Shown: in pieces, positions 15,479 to 26,810 of the stretch | Numbering within the stretch: the first letter of the stretch is position 1 | Layout: the number at the start of each line of letters is the position of its first letter | Assembly: GCA_907165135.1 (NCBI GenBank) | Contig: OU015569.1 | Location: 1,736,001 to 1,800,000, forward strand | Length of the DNA stretch: 64,000 nucleotides | Direction: 5' to 3' | DNA from: Oikopleura dioica | Lineage: Eukaryota; Animalia; Chordata | Notes under the pieces: generated by a model | The model's input: only the letters and a program-made list of their open reading frames with translations | Databases searched by the model: none | Told to the model about the DNA's origin: nothing | Translations under genes and position numbers: made by a program

Positions 15479-17612
15479 ATGACTTCAGAGAAAATGGGAG
15501 ACCGGAGAAGCACGATCGAGGGAGAGTCATTTTTCATGGAAACAGCTCGAGAGCTCCTCAGAGATAAATACATACTCATCATTGGCGATTCAGTGCAGGG
15601 GTGTGCATTCGGCTCTCGGGCATTCGGCTGCCCGACAAATTTTTCGGGCAAATCAGGTTCGGCTCGGCTCTCGGTCGGCTGGTGACCTGAAATTCTCTCG
15701 GGCAGGTTCGGGCAGGCTCGGGCATTCGGGCAATTCGGCCCAATCTTCGGGCAACCGGGCACCCGGCCAAAGTTAGAGAGTAAGAAAGAATTTTACAGAG
15801 ATCTGTGCTTGATTCTTCGACTGATATCTACCAATAACCTTATAAATTGATAATCCAAAATTTTGCCATCAGAAATTTGGCCGATTTTCCTCAAAATCGG
15901 TTGTTTTTTGAGCTCAGATTTATATTAATTTTCCGAAAATCATTGCCCGAAATGCCCGAAAATTAGCCCAAATTGCCCGAGCCGAAAGTTGAGCCGAAGC
16001 CGATTCGGGCACTTCGGGCACCTCGGCTCGGCTCGGCTTTCGGCCGGCCCAACACTGATTTTTCGTTTCGGCTCGGCCCTCGGTCGGCCCGACACCCGAT
16101 TTCGGGCCGAATGCACACCCATGATTCAGTGCAGGTACGTTATTTGAATTGAAATCAAGGAAGAGTACGAAAGTTAACAAATACCATCTAGCGCTGCGTT
16201 TACAAAGACCTGATTGCGCTGTTGGAGGACGGTTGCATGATGACTGAGAAGGAAAAGCGAGCGAAGTTGGAGCCCTGTTATAGAGGCGATCGACTGGTTG
16301 CGGAGACAGAAGCTTGCAACGGAACGCACTTTTGCGAGGTTCGCGAGTGGCGAGGTATTCCGAAGAATGAAGCGTGGGAAGATAGTATTCTCATTAGATT
16401 CATTTTCACAACGAAAGTACATAGGAACCGGTTATCAAATACAAGAGATAGGACCCGACTCAGATAGTTCTTCTCTTATAATTTTAAACCGGGTTGAAGC
16501 GACGCATTGGAAAATATGATCACTTTGTACACGGAGGATCATTTTCCCGACGTAATTTACATGCAGAGCACGTTTTGGGACATAACCAGATACGGAGATG
16601 GCATAGAATTAAACGGACAGCGATTTTTCCTCAATACACCTGGAATCTCCGTCTATTGGTCGATCACGTGGACAAATTGTGGAAAAAGGAAGAGTTGAGA
16701 CGCGCAGAACATGTGCGAAATCATGGACCGCCGGCAAATCCTAGAGATTTAGATCGGCCGTTGAAGATTTGGCGCAGCGCTCTTCCGATCGGCAGACACG
16801 CACGGGGAGGATTGTTGGTCAAAGAAGTGCGTTTCGGCGAAAACTCCGAGGCCTTCCGCGTAGACATGGGCTTCGCGAACATCGCCGCGCAAAAAGTGAT
16901 AGCCACCACTGACTGGGATTACTTGGACGCGCACTACATTTACCGAAAGATCCAAAACACGGACAACTTTCGGGAAGCAGATGGCGTCCACTGGAATCAA
17001 CTTGCTCATCGCTGGCTCACGTTTATCTTTCTACAGCGAGTGTGCAAGCTATGGCGTTACAAAATCGAGTCATCGCCTGAGGAACTGGCAAAAATGTTCC
17101 AAGACGTGGCGAACAGAGCCTGCACCGAGAGACCAAAACATAGAGGTGAAAAAAGAAAAGACAGATCTCCTAGTGTTGATCGAAAAAAGCGTCGATCAGA
17201 GAGCAACAGCCGAGGAAACCATCATGACGGCCGTGGTGGAAATCATCACAATCGACCAGTGCATCACCATCGTGACTCGACCCCGAATCACGGAGACTGG
17301 AAGCAGACCTATCAGCCTCCTTCCAGCGGATGGGTACCTACGCCTGTCCAAACCAATCGTCACAACCCGTTCCAACAATTGCCTCAATCAAACCCCTTCC
17401 AACAACGGCCACAGAGTCATGGCTGGGGCCCCGTCCATCCTCCAAGACCTCACTTACCGCCCCCGGGACCTCCTCCTCGATATGAGCCTCCTCCAAGGCA
17501 GCATGTGCCTCCTCCAAGGCTCCAGTACCATCCTCCAGGTCCTTTCAGACCCATTTTAACCCCACCTCCACCGCCAAATTCCCAGTCTTACAACAGATAC
17601 GGAGAATTTTGA
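15479..17612 (+). CDS. PCED1: PC-esterase domain protein (PCED1/FAM113) with His/Pro-rich tail; interrupted by a MITE and an apparent frameshift
   Basis: ILIIGDSVQ|RCVYKDLIALL (GDS motif), IRFIFTTKV, PDVIYMQSTFWDITRYG, DGVHWNQLAHRWLT (DxxH), followed by a low-complexity Pro-rich tail ending at 17612. Confidence 0.82.
15596..16123. mobile_element. hAT-like MITE (528 bp, 8-bp TSD ATTCAGTG) at the 3' end of PCED1 exon 1
   Basis: TIRs CAGGGGTGTGCATTCGGC and GCCGAATGCACACCCATG. ATTCAGTG at 15588-15595 and 16124-16131. Subterminal arrays of TCGGG/CCCGA-type motifs flank an AT-rich core. Confidence 0.9.
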
Positions 17613-17827
17613 TCCTGTTATTTTTCTGCTAAATATTTCTCACTGTCTGCCTTCATTTTTATTGATTTTTTACGGATAAAAGAAAACATTGAAACTCAAG
17701 CTCACGATAAATAAAACACTTGCTGAACAAATAAAAAAGGAAATAGTGATTAGTTCGAACTTTTTGAACTGATCCCTAGTGGCCCAGGAATTGATTTGGA
17801 TCTACGGAATATACTTTTATTTAGGCA

Positions 17828-19479
17828 TTATTCGATATTGGTGAACGTAACTGTGAGAATGTGGAAAGTGGAATGTGAAAAATTGTTGGCAGGAGTACGA
17901 TTTCGAACGTTTCAGAGTTCTAAGGAGTCGTCGGCGATATCGTTGTGGAAGAGACGTTGATTGGGAGTCGGGTCCGGCGAGTTGAGCTAGAATAGTGGCT
18001 ACTTTTTTAGTGTAGAAAAGGAGTCGCTTACCTTGACTTCTGACAATTGCATCCTGAGTCCAGTCGAGTTGCGCCCAGATTGTCCTCTCTGCTTGTCGAA
18101 TATTTTTTTCACGAAGTCTAAAAAACTTAATCGCTATTTCAGAAGGAAACTCATGCCTGGTGTGACTTCTTGCTCTAGCTGAGGATTGAGGGTTGTCGGA
18201 GTTTGAGGAGGAAGATGATCATCAATGTCTTGTTCCTGGAGGATTGCTTCCTTCTCCACCACGTCGAGTATTTGCTCGAAGAGCCTTTCCTCCGAATGCT
18301 CTTCTGCTGCTGCTTTTACTTCTTCGACTTTGCGTTCCAGAGCGGCCACTTTAGTCGCCATGTCTCGCTCGCACTTTGCTTGGTAGTCGCTAATGCCGGT
18401 TATTAAATTATTTATTAATCAAGAATGCCCATACCTAGCGAGCTCTTGGAGCTGCTTCGAATTGTGCTCGTTGATTGAGCCTAGGAGATCGCGAAACTTC
18501 GCACAATTCTTGGCGATTACACACTCTAGCTCGTGAACTTTTCCGTCAATCGGCACTTTGTTCGGTTTGACTTCGGCCTTGAAATTGGGAAAAGTCTCGA
18601 GCGTGTCGCAAATTTGCTCTTGTGCCTCGACCAGTGACTTTCTGAGCTTGCCATTTTCGTCGGAGAGCGAGCCGATCTGTTTCTGAAGCCGGTCGATGGC
18701 CAGTGCGCTTGTGTTGCCGTTGCGAACGGAGCCGGCGGCTAGAGATCCTTTCATGTTGATAACGAGCTCCATTTTCGCTCGTTTCTCTCGAGTACTCGGC
18801 CTGAAACAGAATAACCACTAAATCGCAAATGGTTCTTTACCCTCTCGACAAGTCGCTGAGTTTGTCCTTGAAGCGGCCGTTCTCTGATTCAAGCTTTCTC
18901 TTGTCGATTCTAAAATATTCAAGTTAGTTTCAGACGAAAACTTTGACGCATATCTAACTTGAACTTGCTGTCCTGGTTCTTGAGCGAAATCGACAACTTC
19001 TTTGCTTGTTCAGTTTTTTCTCGCAATTTCAATTCGAGCGAGTCAATTCTCTTCAAGTGCTTGAGCTCTCGTGCTCGCGCATCGTGCAGAAGTCGCTCCA
19101 GCTTCTCGATCTCGTTTTCTTGATTCTGCACTTTCTGATTCGAGCTTTTCAATTCCAGCTGCTGCTTGCGGTACTCTTCGTTGATTGCAGAAACGCGATC
19201 GGTTATTTTCCGCTCTCGGTCCAGCAAGCTTCTCAATGCGACTCCGACTTTTTCTTGGTCCAAAGCGCCTTTTGGAAGGAATTATTGACTGCAAATAGCT
19301 CAAATCTGCATATATGCACTTATGGGCATCAGATCTATGAAGACAATGAAATCCGTTCCTGATAGCAAAATACCATCCATCCCGTTTGCTATCAGTCGGC
19401 TGTTGAGCGAACCAAAGGGGTGCTGAGCCTCAAACACCTCTTCCTCATCGAGACTGTCGAAATCGTCGATGAGCGGCAT
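17828..19479 (-). CDS. Coiled-coil protein with ADIP-like domain (SSX2IP/Msd1-like); 3' end approximate
   Basis: MPLIDDFDSL.. (ATG after TTTCAG), SLNSRLIANGMDGILL, then a long coiled coil VALRSLLDRERK...QDSKFKLD..KRKLESENGRFKDKL. This resembles the ADIP-domain pattern by eye only. Confidence 0.5.
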
Positions 19480-19962
19480 CTTTTTCTGAAAGAGGTAAGA
19501 TTTTTTAACTAGATTCGCGAAGGAGATAGTATTATTGGATATTGCAACAGGAAGACTGGATGGGTACAGCGACGTGCAGAAAAATGGCACAAAAAAGTGA
19601 GGGAAGAATCTTTAATCTCAATAACTTTGATAGTACGTATTTTGTAGTCGGAAAACCTGATAGGATTTTTTGAAGATTTTGAAGAAATGAGAAGGAACTT
19701 TGTTTCAAGAGAGCAAGACAGTGGAATGTTAAAATTTACAAATAAAAAGTTTGCAAGTTTGTAAGATGAAAATAAAAGTGCTAAATGAGAAGTACCATTG
19801 TTGTAAGGAAGTAGTGTTGTTCGAAAATGCCGTTTTGGGCAGCTGGCGATAGGCATAGACAGGATGATCTGGACAGTGAACATGAACGCCGAAGATAGAT
19901 TTGTTTTAACAAAAAATTGCTTTTTTCATTGCATATTTACTTTTCGAAAACTTGTGCTTAAA

Positions 19963-22125
19963 TTATTCGATTCTGAGGGGGACGTCATCGAGAGCTTCTT
20001 CCGAGTCTGACAGATGCTGCAAATAAAAGCGTTATTTCATGTAAAGATAAGATTAGCTCTATTAATAGTTAACTCACAGTTTTGCTTGTAAAACGCCGTG
20101 ACAGAGCCATAAACGGGCGGTTGATGAAGCTTCCCATTCCGGACAGCTGATCAGAGAATGAACGGGAACCCTGTTTCGTGATATAATTTCTCTTGATAGA
20201 CAAAACCGACTAGGTGTATTCAAGTTGAGTGAATACGAACTGAAGCGTCGTTGGGGGAAAAGTGTCGGCTGGATCCGTATCAGATCAACGGTTAAAAGTT
20301 TTAAGATTTGCGGGGCGATAAAAAACAGTGATCATCTTATAGAAACCTGTTTTACTTCCAGATCTAACTGATTCTGGACATAAGCTAATTTAAAATCTCG
20401 ATCAATAAATTATTTCAAATATCATGAATCAATCACATTCCTGGATAGTAGAAGGTGTTCCAACGCTCGACAGATTTCTCGATAGCGTTCGGAGTGGGTC
20501 GTATTTGTCCTTACGCGGTGATGGAGACATCTAAAATGGATCGTTTATTCATGGAAAAGGATTGATGACGGTACTCTTGGCTGAAGCGAGCTTGAGTTGA
20601 GCATTTCCCCGGCCGAGCGTAATCGTTCTCGATGAAATACTTGATTACTGGGCGCTTGATTGAGCAAATTAACGGAGAGCACGTGATCGCCGTTTATGAG
20701 CGGGTGCTCGACGAGCGTTGCTTCTGCCGATGAGAAGAAAGCTGTTTCGTCTTCTGAACAAGCTAAGTAAGCCACTGTAAAGAATGATCCAAAATGCTTA
20801 TAAGGGATCCCTTGTTAAACTTACTAAAGGTATTGGTTATATTTCGCAAAGGATCAATGGGAGTCACGGGGCAGGAAGACATTCCAGGGCGAGTTTTATT
20901 TCCGACGGCTGTGGAATTCATGTGTATAGGCGTCTCGGGAAACATGAGCTAAAAGACAACTATTGAAAGATGGAATTAAAAGAGGGATTCTCTACATTTC
21001 CAACGGAAACTCGGTCATCAGCAATGCGCTTGGCGGCGTTGAGGGATTCTAGCGCTAATTCGGTAAATGGATCGCCTTTGTTATTGTCAGTGAGCATTTT
21101 GCTCAGGAGGGAGATGAGCTCTTTGTTCTGACGGAGAAGTTGTTCGCAGCGCACTTCAGTTTCGACCCTGGCACCTTGCTCTGCGGAAAGAATCGTTTCC
21201 ATTCTTCGGATTTTGTTCGCCAAGGCGCGGGTCTCGTGCTCCGCCAGTTCGACCTGCTGGCGAAGGAGGACGACGCGAGCAGAGTCCGACGACTCTCGGC
21301 TGTCAACTGAGTCTTCTTCTAACTTGCAATGAGCTGGGGTACCCTGAAATGGACTTTAGTAAAGAAGGAAGGAAAGGAGAAGGGAACCTTGAGGCTGAGC
21401 TTCATGCTTTTCCGCGGCGAGGATTTCTGAGAGACTTGAACATTCTCTTCCGAGTTGTCGTTCTCGTCCGTGTTGTGAGCCTTGTCATCCTCGTTGATTC
21501 GGTGGACGACGTCGAACGCTTGGCCGATTGTTCGAACAGTATTCGTGGCAGTGTCTTTTCGAGTCTTGAACACACTGCACTTGAATGCCGCGGACCTTGA
21601 ATTACAGAATTAAGAACAGCTGTCTTTGGTAGTATGCTCTTACTTGGCATCTCTAGCAATGTATGACCAAATGTTAAGATCGGAGGAGTCATGGGAGACG
21701 TAAAAGATTCGGTTTATCGGGTCGTGCATTAGCTCTTGTAGAATTGGTGCGCCTGTCTTTGAATTCTTCGGCTGGCGAAGAGAAACGCGCACGCCATCTA
21801 CAGACACCATGATGTCGACTTTTTTCTTCTTGGTCGAGCGTGCTTTGAACTCGTATCGCACTTTTCGCATAGCAGCGACGATTTCAACGCGCGAATGGGG
21901 CTACAAAGAAAGGTTAAGCACATTTCAGCGCTTTATTTGTACCTTGGGGATCTCTAGACTGCCGATAAAGCGAGCTTTGAACTTGATTCCGGCGCGGAAG
22001 GCTTCTTCCGCGTGGACTTTTAGGCGCCCCTCGCTGGTATCATCGATCTGGTTGTAACCAGCAGGGGCAGAAGTCGACCTCGCTAGCGACGAACCCAGCT
22101 GCAGCAGGTTCTTCATTTCCACCAT
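19963..22125 (-). CDS. NOS1AP: NOS1AP/CAPON PTB (PID) domain adaptor
   Basis: [22 protein letters not shown]|[70 protein letters not shown], coiled coil [23 protein letters not shown]; stop at 19963-19965. Confidence 0.9.
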
Positions 22126-22490
22126 CCCTCATTCGTCTGAAAACAACAATACAATGCGCAACTGATTCAAAATGATGATTTTATTTGTGGCGGAACAAGA
22201 AATCAGAAGAAAATGGCAGTTTTTAAGGGCCGTTTTCAATACATCTTTTCGAAAGAAAATCCAGTCGAACTTCTTGGGCGAAAAAGATTAACAGTTACAG
22301 TCAGAGAGGAGAAAATACGAATGGAACATGAAAAGACGCATCTACTAGGAGAAAAAGAAAGAAAAGAAGAAAGAGTGGTTGGACAGCCGATTCAATATGA
22401 ATTTTGAGGGCAGAGGGTGGCAGAGAAAAAATACATAAAAGAACAGTAATGGAACTCTTTTTAGAGCGAGTAGAATTGAATGAAAGTTAA

Positions 22491-23210
22491 TCAGTAGTCA
22501 TCTACAGCTTGACGATTGTTGACGGTGTTTCCTTTTCCATCGCAAGCGACCACTAGAATGTGAAAATTAAGATTATGCGCAGATTAGAGAGGCGATATTG
22601 AATCATTGAAGTTATAATTCCGAAGGAAAAATTTCTACTGTTTCTTTCAGTAGCTAAAACGTCAAAAGAATGTAATATTTCATTGATTTGTCTACCTTTG
22701 ACTTTGGGAACTTGAATGCAATCTATGACTTCTCTGAACTCGGCATTTTCAATCACGAAGGTCCACACATTGTCGCAGAATCTATAATTCATGAAATTAC
22801 ACAGTTTATCGATTGCGCCCCTTGAGCATCGTTACCGGTATGTGTTGAGTTTGCCTTTGAAAGTGATTCGGTTGCGCACTTTATTCGCCAGAGCGTAGTT
22901 GATAGCCTTGTCGAACTAGATAATAAATGCACAGTTAGTTTTTTCTTTAAACCCCCTATCTTTGATTCTGATAAAATATGACAAGTCTCAAGCTATTATA
23001 TTTTATTCTATTCTTGTCAATTTGAATAACTCTATATTTTTCATCAAAAGAAAGGGCAAGTCTCAAAATTCGCTGGTAAACCTCTTCGAGCACTTTCTGT
23101 CGGAGGCTGTGTGAGATCGCCTGCTGCTGAATCAGTTCATCCAACGAGTCGATCAGAGTCGTCCCTAGCGTCGTGTTCCTGTACAGCTGGTAATTCATCC
23201 CAGAGCTCAT
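22491..23210 (-). CDS. GTF2A2: Transcription initiation factor IIA gamma subunit
   Basis: [51 protein letters not shown]|[25 protein letters not shown]; stop at 22491-22493. Confidence 0.93.
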
Positions 23211-23435
23211 GCTTTCTTTTTTTACTGCTCCGATGACAACTTCAACTCTACAACTTCTTGATTTCAATTTTATTTGATTTTCTGTAGTTCAGATATTATT
23301 AGCTTCTGTTTTGTTTTTAAATCCTAGACTTCGGCGTTTATTTTTTAATTTTTGACGAAGGCAATAAATACTATTTTTTATGAGAAAGGGTCAGTTCGAC
23401 TCAGTACAGTTGGGAAAAACAAGCAAGAGGAGAAC

Positions 23436-24756
23436 TTAGAAGAACTGGGAGCGGAGGACGGTCTGGTTGATCTTGGCCTTGACCTTCTTGTAAGTATCGG
23501 CGTTTCGGAGATAGTTGTGGGTGACGCCAAGACCGAAGAGATGAGCGCCTGGCGTCGAGGAGTGACCTGTGGTGATGGTCTAAGAATAATGGGTTAGACT
23601 GATCGAGCTAGAAAGAGAGACCATAAGCGCTCGAAAAACTTGATGGACTGGAATTTCAAAGGGTCTACAGTAGTTAACGCTTTTAAATCCATGGGATAAA
23701 AGTTCGGCTCCGAGACTTTCTCGTACCCGACGTCGCCCCGTGTAAAATGGACCAGGAAGATATTTGGGTGAAAACTACGCTTGAGTGTAGCCGCGTTTTC
23801 AATATGTCAGCCGACAATTCTATCATCAAAATAAGAAATAAAATTAATGAACTCACATCGAGCATCCATTTCTCGTCTTCTTCGGCTTGGTATTGTCGGC
23901 CAACGTTGTTGAGGAATCGGTGATCGGCGGCGATGGGAGCCCAGTCTTCGTAGGGCATGACTTCTTTGCACATGGTGACCTGTTCACCTCGGCCGATTCG
24001 GAAGTACATATCTACATAACAAAGTCATCGCGGTATTTCACCAGAGTTTCGAATCTTTTGATGCACATCTGGAAGTCGAGATGTCCAAAAAATGTCATTT
24101 TATCAAAGTAAAACTTTCATGGGATCTCAATTTTGCTAGTTCGTACAAAAAGGTGGACTTACCCTGTCGCTGGTTATCGTAAAGTCGATCTCTCATAGCA
24201 TCGTAAGAAGTGTCCAAGTGGTTGTTCTGGTCGTCGCAGAGCATACCGACCTAATTTTAAATGGTGAAAAAGGAGGAATTTGCCTGTTTGACTTACTCGA
24301 GAGTGGTTACCGTGGGGCCAGTCCATTCGGAACTTCCACTTGTTGAGGGACTGGAGGTAGCCGGGCTGCTCGTTCGAAACCTGAGCGTGCTGCACGTGGC
24401 TGCCCATGGGAGCGACGGAGAGGGCGCTATCGTCGATTGGGTTGAATCCTTCGCCTTCGCCTGGAAAAGCAAGCGGTTAGAGATGAGACATGGGGGAAAT
24501 GGTTTACCGTTGATGTCGTTCGAGGTAGCGGCGTAAGAGCCATCGTATTGGCAGTCGAGCTTCTTGGAAGCGTCGAAAGCCTCGATCTCACTGGCGGGCT
24601 TGACCTTGCCGGCGAATCGGAACCATTCGAGAAGACCTGAAGAGGGTATGAAGCTCTCGAATTTGCAAGAAGAAGCTTACCAAAGTTGATTGGGATATCG
24701 TGAGCCTTTCGAGCAACGACGACTCGAGTGGCGTTCTTTAAGACAAACAACTTCAT
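23436..24756 (-). CDS. Unknown multi-exon protein, possibly mitochondrial
   Basis: TTTCAG|ATG MKLFVLKNATRVVVARKAH (basic, acid-free presequence-like). Canonical short introns join exons such as LEWFRFAGKVKPASEIEAFD, GFNPIDDSALSVAPMGSH, VGMLCDDQNNHLD and MYFRIGRGEQVTMCKEVMPYEDW. Ends KVKAKINQTVLRSQFF* at 23436. Confidence 0.6.
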
Positions 24757-26810
24757 CTGAAACAGATTTTTTAAAAGAAATAGCCATGTGATCATTATTT
24801 AAAATAAGTAGTGTATTTTTAATCTCTTTCGCAAAATAAAAAATAGGTTGCAAGGAAGAGGTTCTGTATGGCAACGGGCGGAAATGGAAAATATTAATGG
24901 CAAGAAGATAGGTCGAACAACGAGAACTATAGAGGCGGAGAAATCTTTTTATGTAAAAAAGGTGCTCTCTCATCAATTATTTTAAAACGATGATTGACAG
25001 GAGGGCCCCGTATTGAGAAACCCAAGTGCTGTGGTCATGCAGGTGCTTTTCGAAAACGGCTTGAAAATAATAAATTTGAAAGGGGCTCTATTTTAGTTCT
25101 AGAGAAATCGAATTGTTGAAATTATTTGAGATTGAGTAAAGCTTATTTCTTAATTATCAAATTATTTATGAATTAAATAAAAATTTTAGATTAAAAGGTG
25201 AAAACTTCTTCGACTTGGTCACGTTTATTCTATTCGTCTGATAGGCTTTATTTAAAGTTAGAAGCTATTTCTTAGTTACAGTTACTTTGATTAAAAATTC
25301 TAAAGTTATTGAGCATTGCTGAAATTCTAAAGTGTGATTGTCACGTTCTTGGCAAATTTAATAGTTTTTTGTTTAATCTCATCTTTTTATCTCTCTCGAT
25401 ATAATTGTTTCTTTTGAATGTCGTTGTTGTTTTCAGTAAAAAATTTCGGCAAAAGAAGAAAAAAGCAAAAAAGGATCTGTGACGTAACTGAAAATCAACT
25501 AGCCGATTCGCGAGCAAGGGCAAATGCCTCTTCGCTAGAGCAAACAGAACTTTTTTTTCTATTTCTCGATTTTTCAAGATTTTTGGCCTTTTTTATCTTT
25601 GTACTTTTTGAACAAAAAAGAAGTTGTTAGTTCTGAGAAGATGCATATATTTGGAGTAGAGAGTAAGGTCTAGATTTTTCGCTGTTTTTGAAACTTTAGT
25701 ATTTAAGTTTAATGCATTCGTTTTTTTTTAATATCAGGGCCACAGAAAAAAGTTTGAAACAGAAAAGAAGGGGCAACATTTTACTGTACAATTACTGTAC
25801 ATTTATGCAATAAGAACTATAACAGGGGAAGCCTTAGAAAACTAAGAGTTGGATTATTGACAAACGTTTTCAATCAATTAGCTACAAAAATGGTTCAAAA
25901 TAAGCCCAGTCCTAAAATAGAATAGAGGAATGGTTGTTTTGAGATCAAAGTGTAGAAAATCTAATTGAAAAAAGTTCGATAAAAATGAAAAATATGAAAA
26001 AGGGCAGCATTTACTAACAAGTATAAATGTTGAATCAGAAAGTCGCCATTATCGGACGATGAGATATCGATATCCAGAGCGATCCCTATTCATTCAACTC
26101 ATCCTTGCAGTACTTCTCTTTCATAGAAGTAATTTATCTTCGATTTAATGTAGTGCACAATTTAATGTGGTATGTAAAGTTGTCTAGAATGCTGTATCAA
26201 GCCAGAAATTGACTGTACTAATCCTAGCTTCGTGGAAAAATACAACTCGAAAAATTTTTGAACACACAAAGAGAGAAATAAATTGAAAAAAAGCATAACG
26301 GGTCATTCTTATTGTCAAAATAGTAAAGTTTAGTAGTAAGTAGTATCTTTGTCGTTGTTGTTTATTTTTTTGAACTGCTCGGGCTGAAGAAGACTGATTT
26401 GTTGAGTTGGAACCACTGGATAAAAAACAAAAGGGTGAGGTCAGCTGAGTTGATTCTAAGACGAAAAACCGTATAGTAGAATACGTTTTCTTTGGGCACA
26501 CATGGTCCAGGAGCTTGATCAATTTTCACAATTCACACAGTGGTACTGGAGCAACTTTTTTTGTTTTTTGGGTTGGGGCGAGTTTGGGGAGAAGTGCGTC
26601 TCGTGGGCTATTCTTTTTTTTTAAACAGAAGCAATAATGTAGCAAGCAAGGGAATTAGCGACACTGGAACAATACTACCAAGTCGTACAAAGACAGACTT
26701 GTGGCAGTTACAGTTAAGATAAAAGTAGTGAACCAGTACTACTACTAGCTGCTGTTGCTGCTTCAGAATAAAATACATAAATTAAAAGGAAGAAGAAAAT
26801 GGTGAACTCG

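Noticed and set aside
15466-16180. Pro/Arg-rich ORFs on both strands in 15466-16180
   Set aside because: They are translations of the GC-rich subterminal repeats of the MITE, not proteins.
24180-24470. Resemblance of the unknown protein to COX5B (FNPID..APMGS..RVGMLCDDQN)
   Set aside because: The downstream CxxCG zinc ligands are missing in the best splice model and the protein is much longer; too weak to name.
24900-26800. Long AT-rich gap within the minus-strand array
   Set aside because: No credible ORF, repeat or RNA gene; probably 3' UTR or intergenic DNA.
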